A stretch of 55,388 nt of DNA, from NCBI GenBank assembly GCA_050506795.1, contig JBJHCF010000037.1, forward strand, positions 1 through 55,388. Direction: 5' to 3'. The DNA comes from Opitutia bacterium. Lineage in GTDB: Bacteria; Verrucomicrobiota; Verrucomicrobiia; Opitutales; T3Sed10-336. The notes below the pieces were generated by a model. The model was not told the origin of the DNA. It did no database searches and saw only the letters and a program-made list of their open reading frames with translations. Position numbers and translations under genes: made by a program. Below, piece by piece: positions 47,352-55,388 of this stretch (the first letter of the stretch is position 1; each line of letters opens with the position of its first letter).

Positions 47352-50300
47352 ATGAACCCGGCCCGCTGGAGCGTCAACAATCGAGTCGCGGTCAACATCC
47401 TGGCCATCGCCCTGCTGGTGACCGGATTCTACCTGGCCGTTTTCGAGCTGCGGCGCGACATATTCCCTGACGTATCCACCAATTTTATACGGATACAAAC
47501 CCTCGATCTCACCACCTCCGCCCCGGAGGACATCGAACAGTTGATCACCATTCCGATCGAGGAGGAAGTCGCCGGCGCCGAAGGTGTCCTCAATGTGATC
47601 TCCTTCTCACAGGACAATATCTCCGACATCTTCCTGGAGATCGATCCGGCCATCACCAACCTCGACCCCGTTCTCAACGACGTTCGCCAGGAGGTCTCCC
47701 GGGCCCGCGCCAAACTCCCGCCCTCCGCCGAGGAATCGGTGGTGCGGGAATTCGACATTCCCCTGCCCTTGGTCACCCTGGGCGTAGTGCTGCCTCCGGG
47801 ATACCGCGTGCAGGATATTCGCACCCAGCTCGACCGCCTTCAGCGCGAACTGCGCCTGGTGCCCGGTGTTTCCGAGGTGTTCGTCGATGGCCTTCGCGAT
47901 CGCGAGATCTGGGTGGAAACCGATCCGTGGCGCACCCAGGCCTACGGGGTGTCACTGGAGGAGATCTCCGGCGCCCTGGCCAGACGCAACCGCGACTGGG
48001 TCGGCGGCCGCCTGGAAACCCTGGGCGGCGAAAGGATTCTCCGCGTCCGCGGCGAAATCGAAGCGGCCGAAGCCCTGGAAACGCTGCCGGTTCGCGCCGA
48101 CGAAAACGGCGTGCTCCGCTTGCGCGACCTGGGCTGGGTGCGCGACACCATGGAAAAGGAACAGCGGCGCGGACGCATCAACCTGAACCCCGCCGTCAGC
48201 TACACCATCATCAAAAAACGCGGCACCGACGCCCTGGTAACCGCGACCGAAGTGCGGCGGGTCTTCCGCGAATCCGCCGCCTACCTCCCGGCGGAACTCG
48301 AACTGGTGGTCACCTCCGACGCCACCAAATACATCGACACCCGCATCCAGACCGTGGTGCAGAACGGCATCCAGGCGCTGGTGGTCGTTACCGTGCTCCT
48401 GGTGATGTTCCTCAATTGGCGCCTGGCCATCCTCATCGCCATCGGTGTGCCGATTTCCTTCGCCGGATCCTTCATCGTCCTCCACCTCATGGGTGAAACC
48501 ATGAACCTGCTCTCGCTTTTCGCCCTCATCATGGCCCTGGGTATGATCGTGGACGACGCCCTGGTGATCGCGGAAAACGTTTACCGTCACTACGAACGCG
48601 GCGAACGTCCGGTGGATGCCGCCGTTCTCGGGACCGGGGAAGTGATCTGGCCCGTTCTGGGCAGCGTGGCCACCACGGTGGCCGCGTTCCTGCCCCTGAT
48701 TCTGGGCGAAGGCATCATCGGAAAATTCCTCTTTGTCATCCCGGTGGTGGTCGTATCCGGCCTGGTGTTTTCCCTGGTGCAGGCGTTTGTCATCCTGCCG
48801 TCGCACCTCTGCGATTTCGTCCGGCTCCCGCGTCCGGTGCGAGACCTCGAACGGGAACGGACCGAAACCGTGTCACTGACCGGACGGCTTTACCTGAGCG
48901 CCGCCATCACCTATGCCGAGGTCCGCGGCGCGGTGGACGCCGGAATCCGGCAGGTGATCGAGATTTATACCTACATCCTGAAAATCTCCCTGCGGTGGCG
49001 CTACGCGGTCATCGGCGGGTTCATCGCCCTGCTGGCGGGCAGCGCCGGACTTTTCCTGGCCGGCATCCTGCGTTTCGAACTCTTCAGCGCCGACTACGCC
49101 GACCAGATGTTGGTGAAAATGGACTTTCCGGCCAATTATTCCCTCGACCAAACCGAAGCGGTGGTCCGACGCATGGAACGCGATATCTTTCACGCTCTCC
49201 CCGCCGGCGACCTTTTCGGCATTTCCACCCAGATCGGCTCGCGTCTGGACGACACCAACCAGTTCGTGCGCACCGGGGCGAACCTGGCCCTGATCACGGT
49301 GGACATTGACGAGCGCAATCCCCTCAGCCGGTCGCCCGGCGAAATCCAACGCGATATCCGCTCCGCGGTTGAAGCCTACGCCGAACCCGTGCGGGCCGCG
49401 GTGGAATCCCAGGAGGGCGGCCCCCCGGTGGGACGCGCGGTCAACGTGCAGATCATGGGCGACGATTTCGACGCCATGCGGGCCATCGCCCGCGACATCC
49501 AAACCCGCCTCGGAGAGATGGAGGGTATCATCAATATCGGTGACGATTTCGCCCCCGGAACCACCGAATACGTGATCGAACTGGACGAGGAAAAAGCGGT
49601 CCGCGCCGGCCTCGACACCGAGTCCGTCGGCCGCGCGCTGCAAGGCGCCTACCGGGGCCTGGAAGCGGCCCGCATGCGCTGGGGAAACGACGAGGTGATC
49701 CTGCGGGTCAAAATGGCCGAACGCTTCCAGCGCGACACCGAGCAATTGCTGAGCCTGCGCCTGATCAACAACCGGGGTGAGGCCGTTCCCCTGGAAGCGG
49801 TGGCCGAGGTTTCCCAACGTCGAGGCATGGCCGCCATCGTTCGCCGCAACCAGATGCGCCTGCTGACCGTGACCGCCGACGTGGACAGCCGGGTGATCAC
49901 CTCCCGCGAAGCCAATCGGGCCATAGAAAGTTGGATACCCGAACTGTCGGAGGCCCATCCGGGACACCGCTTCAACCTGGCGGGGGAAAACGAGGACACC
50001 CAACGCAGCCTGGAAGCGATGCGCCTGGCCGCCATGCTGGCGTTCCTGACCATCTACGTCATCCTCGCGGTGATCTTCAACGCCTTCCTCCAACCGCTCA
50101 TTGTAATGTCGGTCATTCCCTTCGGCATTATCGGAGTCCTGGGCGGACTGGTATTCATGAACCAGCCGCTGGGCCTGATGGCGATCATGGGGGCCATCGC
50201 CCTTTCCGGCATCGTGGTCAACAACTCGGTGGTTTTCGTCCATTTCATCAACACCCGCCGCAACCGCGCCCTGGCGGAAGGCGTGACCGACGTCCACCGG

Positions 50301-50579
50301 GGCCACACCCGCTGGCATTCCATCATTCACAGCGGCCGGGTGCGATTCCGTCCGATCCTGTTGACCACCGCCACCACCATCGGCGGCCTTTTCGGTCTGG
50401 CGTTTCTCACCCGCGGACAGGAGGAATTCCTCGCCCCCATGGCGCAGGCCATTATCTTCGGACTGATCTTCGCCACCATGATCACCATGGTGTTGATCCC
50501 CTGCCTCTACGCCGTGATCGACGACCTCCACCGGCCGCGCTCCGCCGATCCTGGAGCGGTCGACCGGGATCGGCCCTAA
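47352..50579 (+). CDS. RND efflux permease (AcrB/AcrD/AcrF family)
   Basis: 1075 aa; GMIVDDALVIAEN, GIVVNNS, RFRPILLT. Confidence 0.95.
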   Translation: MNPARWSVNNRVAVNILAIALLVTGFYLAVFELRRDIFPDVSTNFIRIQTLDLTTSAPEDIEQLITIPIEEEVAGAEGVLNVISFSQDNISDIFLEIDPAITNLDPVLNDVRQEVSRARAKLPPSAEESVVREFDIPLPLVTLGVVLPPGYRVQDIRTQLDRLQRELRLVPGVSEVFVDGLRDREIWVETDPWRTQAYGVSLEEISGALARRNRDWVGGRLETLGGERILRVRGEIEAAEALETLPVRADENGVLRLRDLGWVRDTMEKEQRRGRINLNPAVSYTIIKKRGTDALVTATEVRRVFRESAAYLPAELELVVTSDATKYIDTRIQTVVQNGIQALVVVTVLLVMFLNWRLAILIAIGVPISFAGSFIVLHLMGETMNLLSLFALIMALGMIVDDALVIAENVYRHYERGERPVDAAVLGTGEVIWPVLGSVATTVAAFLPLILGEGIIGKFLFVIPVVVVSGLVFSLVQAFVILPSHLCDFVRLPRPVRDLERERTETVSLTGRLYLSAAITYAEVRGAVDAGIRQVIEIYTYILKISLRWRYAVIGGFIALLAGSAGLFLAGILRFELFSADYADQMLVKMDFPANYSLDQTEAVVRRMERDIFHALPAGDLFGISTQIGSRLDDTNQFVRTGANLALITVDIDERNPLSRSPGEIQRDIRSAVEAYAEPVRAAVESQEGGPPVGRAVNVQIMGDDFDAMRAIARDIQTRLGEMEGIINIGDDFAPGTTEYVIELDEEKAVRAGLDTESVGRALQGAYRGLEAARMRWGNDEVILRVKMAERFQRDTEQLLSLRLINNRGEAVPLEAVAEVSQRRGMAAIVRRNQMRLLTVTADVDSRVITSREANRAIESWIPELSEAHPGHRFNLAGENEDTQRSLEAMRLAAMLAFLTIYVILAVIFNAFLQPLIVMSVIPFGIIGVLGGLVFMNQPLGLMAIMGAIALSGIVVNNSVVFVHFINTRRNRALAEGVTDVHRGHTRWHSIIHSGRVRFRPILLTTATTIGGLFGLAFLTRGQEEFLAPMAQAIIFGLIFATMITMVLIPCLYAVIDDLHRPRSADPGAVDRDRP

Positions 50580-50583
50580 AACA

Positions 50584-50787
50584 AATGGCACTCGGCTTAG
50601 CGCCTCGTCGTTTCCAAATCGGGATCGGGATCGATCTTCCCATTTCTGGAGGGCGGCGCTCCCGCGCAGCCGGTGTGCGGGCAAGATGCCCGCGCGGCCA
50701 TGCGGGAGCATGGCCCTCCAGGGGAAAAGCCGATGCGATTCGGTTAAGCCTAATGTGCTTCGATCATCTCCTTAACCGAACGCCATT
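50584..50787. mobile_element. MITE-like element A, complete copy
   Basis: aatggcactcgg...ccttaaccgaacgccatt with internal REP doublet. Confidence 0.75.
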
Positions 50788-50792
50788 CGGCC

Positions 50793-51542
50793 CTAAAACC
50801 GGTAATACATCCAGCCGCTGAGTCCGGTGGACGCGCCCAACTGCCCCTCGAAGGCGATACCGGCCCGATTGCCGACATCGAGTTGAATGCCCACCAGACC
50901 GCGAAAACCGGCGAAATCCTTCTGCTCGAAGTGATCCTCGCCCTCATAACGCAGCCTGAATTCACGACCTGAATACAAAACACCGATATAGGTGCGGGAC
51001 CCGGTGATTTCCTCCCCCAGCAAGGGCTGCGCGCCGCCCTCCCGGCCGAGCAGAAAACCGGTCTGCCAATCATTGCGAACCCGCATGTGGATGTCGTCGT
51101 CGGCGCGCAGCGACACCTCTTCGTGGACCAGAAACGAACCGACCCACTTCAGGTAGAGACTGGGGTCGGGCAGGAGCAACACCTGCGCGCCTCCCCCGTA
51201 GGCGCCTCCGTTCTCAAAACGCGAGCTCTCCAGGCGGTTCTGCACCATGCCGGCATCGGCGTATACCTGCAAGCGTCCGAATAATTGCTGCGATACCCGG
51301 GCGGAGGCAACATGTTGCTGGAAACGCAGGACATCGGAATTCGCCCCGCGGAAATCAGTCGAGCGGGTGCCTTCGAAATCCCCCTCCATGTAGGTGTACC
51401 CGAACAACACCACCGGACCGATCGCGTCGAACGGGTCGATCAGGCCGGCCTTCTGAGCCGGAAGCGATACCGTCGCCACCGCAAATACCGCGGCCGGAAA
51501 TAAAACGCATCGGAGGTTTCTGAGGCGGAACATGGATTTCAT
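50793..51542 (-). CDS. Putative outer-membrane beta-barrel protein
   Basis: Signal peptide, amphipathic strands, C-terminal WMYYRF beta-signal. Confidence 0.7.
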   Translation of the reverse strand: MKSMFRLRNLRCVLFPAAVFAVATVSLPAQKAGLIDPFDAIGPVVLFGYTYMEGDFEGTRSTDFRGANSDVLRFQQHVASARVSQQLFGRLQVYADAGMVQNRLESSRFENGGAYGGGAQVLLLPDPSLYLKWVGSFLVHEEVSLRADDDIHMRVRNDWQTGFLLGREGGAQPLLGEEITGSRTYIGVLYSGREFRLRYEGEDHFEQKDFAGFRGLVGIQLDVGNRAGIAFEGQLGASTGLSGWMYYRF

Positions 51543-51706
51543 TCCTCCCACCCTGCACGGGTTGGAGAAATCTAGCAATTTCGTTTTACCGGGGCCCCTT
51601 CCCCTCCGGGAACTCACGCAAATGCGGAAGTTAAAAACCTGTAATTCATCGCTTTTGCACAACATATTCTTGATCAGTCGCTTCCCATTCAGGATAAGCG
51701 TTGCTC

Positions 51707-53005
51707 ATGCACTCTAAAACGAACACCAATGCCTCCGGCCCGCGCTCCCGGCGTGGGGTATTTCACATCGCGACATCATTTTTCTGCGGCGCCGTCACAC
51801 TGCTCGCCCTCGCCGGCTGCAACACGCCGACGGCGAATCAGGAACCGGTCCTGGCGCCCTTGATGGAGACCCCGGAACCCCCGTCGACACGCTCGGCCGA
51901 ACTGACGCTGACTCTCAGTGCCGGCGCTTCCGAAGAGATCTTTTTCGCCCAATCGCAACGCCATACCATCCCCTCCGGAGCCAAGGTGGTCATCAACGTG
52001 CCGGAGCGCTATGACGCCTTCCGCTTCGCCGCCTTTCACAATCCGGAGATCGAAGCCGATCATCCCGGTCGCTTTGCCACCCGCGGTTATTTTCACGTCG
52101 CGGAACAACACCTCGAGCGTGAACTGATGCGTCACGGATTCCGCGTGCTGTCCCGGGAAAAATTTGAAGCCAAGCTGAGGGAAATCCGCGACAAACGCGC
52201 CCTTCGTCCGTTCGAGATGTGGGCCATCCTGGACGACGATTACAATCAAGCCCTCACTAACCTGCGCGATGCCCTGGCGGGCGGTTCCATCGACGAACGC
52301 GAGTTCGCCTCCCGGGCTCTCGAATTGCGACGCGAGTTCGGCGTCGACGAGGCCGGCGGCGCCAACCGTGCCGACGGGTCCTATGAGATGTCGGACATGA
52401 GCGAATTGATTCGCGCGGCACAGAGCGGATCGGAGGACGAACGCGCCGACTACATCCTCGAGATAGGAGAGTTCATCATCGATCCGTCGGCGCCGCTCCG
52501 CACCAACGTCAATCTTCTCGGCCACCCGGACATGCGCGAATTCCGGGACGCGAATCCCTGGGCGAGTGAAACAATCAGCCAAGGGTGGGTGCGCATGCCG
52601 TATGAGGAACTGGTGGCCCGGCTGAAGGCCCGACTGGTGGACGTGCGCAGCGGTGAAATCGTCTGGACGGGCAGCGCGGTGATTCCGGAAGGCGAACTCG
52701 GCGAAACTCCGGATTCACTTTCGGTTCGTTATCGCGCCCGCGAATCCGTGACCAACCGCGAGGAGATCGAACGTTTTATCAACGAACAGAACACCCGCGA
52801 AAACCGCATTCAGCGCGCGCGAAATGGCAACCCGGAAACGCCCTCCTACCAACTCAGGGTGGAGATCGACGGTCCGGATGTCGTGTCCGGCGCCCAGCAG
52901 ATCAACCAGCGTTCGGCCGACGAAAGAGACCGAATCCAGCGCCGCCTGGCAACCCATGCCGCGGAACGTGTCGTCGGCATGATCGAGACCGCCGGCAACG
53001 ACTAG
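51707..53005 (+). CDS. Lipoprotein, CsgG/HfaB-like fold suspected
   Basis: Lipobox LAGC; FRVLSREKFE and ARLVDVRSGEIVWTGS segments. Confidence 0.75.
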   Translation: MHSKTNTNASGPRSRRGVFHIATSFFCGAVTLLALAGCNTPTANQEPVLAPLMETPEPPSTRSAELTLTLSAGASEEIFFAQSQRHTIPSGAKVVINVPERYDAFRFAAFHNPEIEADHPGRFATRGYFHVAEQHLERELMRHGFRVLSREKFEAKLREIRDKRALRPFEMWAILDDDYNQALTNLRDALAGGSIDEREFASRALELRREFGVDEAGGANRADGSYEMSDMSELIRAAQSGSEDERADYILEIGEFIIDPSAPLRTNVNLLGHPDMREFRDANPWASETISQGWVRMPYEELVARLKARLVDVRSGEIVWTGSAVIPEGELGETPDSLSVRYRARESVTNREEIERFINEQNTRENRIQRARNGNPETPSYQLRVEIDGPDVVSGAQQINQRSADERDRIQRRLATHAAERVVGMIETAGND

Positions 53006-53193
53006 TTCTGCTTTGTCACGGTATTAACGAATCCTTTTATACAACGGAAATTGAGCACACACGGAGACACAGAGCAAGACACGGAGAGTTAGCCCGCCTC
53101 CGTGAGCTCCGTGGCTCCGTGTGACAACCTTTACCGTTTACCAATGCTTTAATACCGGGCTTGTTTTAGGTAAACCTGCCAAAGTAGGACCAG
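53002..53193. mobile_element. MITE-like element B, complete copy
   Basis: Imperfect 17-bp TIRs ctagttctgctttgtca / tgccaaagtaggaccag. Confidence 0.75.
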
Positions 53194-53288
53194 CGAGGCG
53201 AAGCCTCAGACCCGAAGTAGTGCACGCATCTTGCGTGCGGAACGAGAAGTCGGACCCTTTCGGCTCTTAATTCATAATGTGGCACTCA

Positions 53289-55145
53289 TTATTCTCCTCC
53301 TCCTCCGTACCCATCGCGCGTCGCGCGCAGGTATTGAAGGCTTTCCGGCAATCCGCCGGGGCGGGCGCGTTTCAGCCACAGGGTTTCGAAGAGGTCGATG
53401 ATCTCACCCAGGTCGGCGCGCAAGGTATTCGCCCGGCCCGCACCCGACCCGGCATAAAACAACCCGCGCCGCAAGCCATGTTGGGCCAGGCGCAGGTTGG
53501 CGGCCAGCTCATCGATCATAAGCTCGCCGTCGGGACACCGGGGGCGGGTCCGTCGCAACCGGTTTGCGAGACCGTCCAGCCGCTCGCCGGTCCGCTCCCA
53601 CGCCGCCGTATCGGCTTCTTTCGCCAGGGAATCGAGGCGTTCGCGGTCCCCAAAGAGCAGATGATGAAACACCGTGCTCTGGTCGGTGAGGGTGTGGGTC
53701 TCACGATAGACACACCCCAGGTCCAGCAACACTTCCCCGAGCCCGGCGTCCGGCAAAAGAAACAGGTGCCTATCCAGCGCCGCCGCCAGATCGAGCCCGC
53801 GGTTGCCTTCCAGGTTCCAGGAAAGCGCGGCGCCATAGGCGAGTCCGGGAAGACTGATCGGGAAAAACTGGTGATGCCCGGCGTCGCCCCAATCGGTCAC
53901 CAGAAACCCCGCCGCCCCGTGCCGCAGGCCGCTGGCCGCCGCCGATTCCAGGTTGGCTCGACAGTTGTCCACCCGCCCGAGCAGGGTCTTCCAGGCTGAG
54001 GTGCCGGGAACCACGTAAAACGGGACCCCGGCCGAGGCAAAAGCGCCGCAGTTGGCTTCGAAAGGATGATCCGCCTCGTACCCCCACAGCATGCCGGTCA
54101 CCGACGGCGGCAGTTCGGTCACGGACTCCGGACGTTTCAAAATGATGTCCCCCCAAAACTGAACCTTTCGCCCGTGCCGGTGCACCAGATTCTGGATACG
54201 CAGGAGAAAATCCAAATAAACCCGGGCGGCGCCCTTTTCCTCCACCTGCGAACGGCTCCATCCCTGTCCCAGCTCCCAGGTTTCGTCGCATCCGATGTTG
54301 AACCGCGGACTCGAGAAATGCGGTAAAAACTCGCGGTAGAGCCCGTCGAGAAAGACCAGGCTGTCCTCGTTTGGCTTCAGCACACTCCCGTAAGGACGCC
54401 GGGTGCCCCAGGGATCGACGAAACCTTCGGGCGATTCCGCCAGATAATGGTATTCCGGGTGACGCAGCCATCGCTCCATGTGCCCGAAGGAATTGAGGTT
54501 GGGCACCAGCTCGATGTATCGATCCCGGCAATACGCATCGATCGCTTCGATTTCCTCCCCGGTAAAGGGCGAGGCGTCCTTCCAAACGACCTCATGTCCG
54601 GGGAAGGCGAAGGTGTGCTCCATGTAAAGCTGCAGTTGATTGTACTTCAACTCCGCCAGCCGGTCGATGAGGGCATACAGACTGTCCATGCGCGGCACCT
54701 TGCACCGGCTGACATCCAGCATGTACCCGCGATTGCGGAAATCCGGATAATCCCGAATCTCCAACTCGGGAAGCGCCGCGCCAGGCTGCCGCAGGATCTG
54801 ACGCCAGGTCTGCAATCCATAAAAAACCCCCGCTTCGTCCCCGCCCGCCAGTTCCGCCCCGGATCGACCGAGGGTCAAAGTGTAACCCTGTTCCCCGATC
54901 TCCTCCGGCGCCAGACGCACCCGCAGGAATCGTTGCGTCTGCGAGCCGGCTCTGGGCTCCGCCTCCCCCGGCCGGGCAAACTCCTCCCGCACCTCGGTCA
55001 CCCACCGGTCAACCGCCCGCCGCAACCGCTCTCCCGCCCCCGCCGCCAGTTCCACCTCACCCCCCGGATCAACAGAGACAATCGCGTCCCCCAACCGCAC
55101 CTCACGCGGCACGGGCAAAAAGTTCAGTGAGTCTTCCTTCATCAC
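53289..55145 (-). CDS. GH20 family beta-N-acetylhexosaminidase-like protein
   Basis: IRDYPDF.NRGYMLDVSR, FGHM, NIGCDE catalytic pair, TDWGD; no signal peptide. Confidence 0.9.
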   Translation of the reverse strand: MMKEDSLNFLPVPREVRLGDAIVSVDPGGEVELAAGAGERLRRAVDRWVTEVREEFARPGEAEPRAGSQTQRFLRVRLAPEEIGEQGYTLTLGRSGAELAGGDEAGVFYGLQTWRQILRQPGAALPELEIRDYPDFRNRGYMLDVSRCKVPRMDSLYALIDRLAELKYNQLQLYMEHTFAFPGHEVVWKDASPFTGEEIEAIDAYCRDRYIELVPNLNSFGHMERWLRHPEYHYLAESPEGFVDPWGTRRPYGSVLKPNEDSLVFLDGLYREFLPHFSSPRFNIGCDETWELGQGWSRSQVEEKGAARVYLDFLLRIQNLVHRHGRKVQFWGDIILKRPESVTELPPSVTGMLWGYEADHPFEANCGAFASAGVPFYVVPGTSAWKTLLGRVDNCRANLESAAASGLRHGAAGFLVTDWGDAGHHQFFPISLPGLAYGAALSWNLEGNRGLDLAAALDRHLFLLPDAGLGEVLLDLGCVYRETHTLTDQSTVFHHLLFGDRERLDSLAKEADTAAWERTGERLDGLANRLRRTRPRCPDGELMIDELAANLRLAQHGLRRGLFYAGSGAGRANTLRADLGEIIDLFETLWLKRARPGGLPESLQYLRATRDGYGGGGE

Positions 55146-55220
55146 GCTCAGCCTTAAGCCACCCCCATCGAATCTTCAACCGAAGACTCTCCCCCGCGGA
55201 ATTCGCTCCGCACCAATACA

Positions 55221-55388
55221 AACCGCCCGCTGAAGCAGGGCGCTACGTTTCTTCCCGTAGCTCCGTGCTTCAGCCGGAGTCTTCTTCCCCGGTACCACCG
55301 TCCGCACACCACACAAACCGCCCGCTGAAGCAGGGCGCTACGTTTCTTCCCGTAGCTCCGTGCTTCAGCCGGAGTCTTCTTCCCCGGT
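55221..55388. repeat. BIME-like GTAG REP array (95-bp period), runs off the window end
   Basis: Same two REPs as 29969-30220 in opposite orientation. Confidence 0.9.

Overview
High-GC bacterial chromosomal segment. The lineage is inferred to be Verrucomicrobiota (Opitutales-like) from a PEP-CTERM gene, the ThrRS insertion and PVC-type hypothetical proteins. It holds about 48 protein genes and two tRNAs (Glu-TTC, Leu-GAG). Housekeeping genes include thrS, purC, dapF, cysE, tsaE, tal, pgi, rsmI, dprA and pncA/pncB. Stress, redox and transport genes include dps, a Tat-exported SOD, BCP, a P-type ATPase and an RND pump. Carbohydrate-active genes include two GH43, one GH20 and two BNR-4 propellers, and there is one VapBC pair. 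Intergenic spaces carry several families of REP/BIME/MITE-like repeats, some nested, with no transposase in the window. Two loci are the best candidates for undescribed systems. The first is a CYTH-CHAD-orphan ParA operon under a Pho-box-like site, a candidate polyphosphate-granule positioning module. The second is a ~320-nt leader upstream of rnk with two small uORFs and mutually exclusive pairings, a candidate leader-peptide attenuator. All calls were made by eye from motifs; no searches were run.
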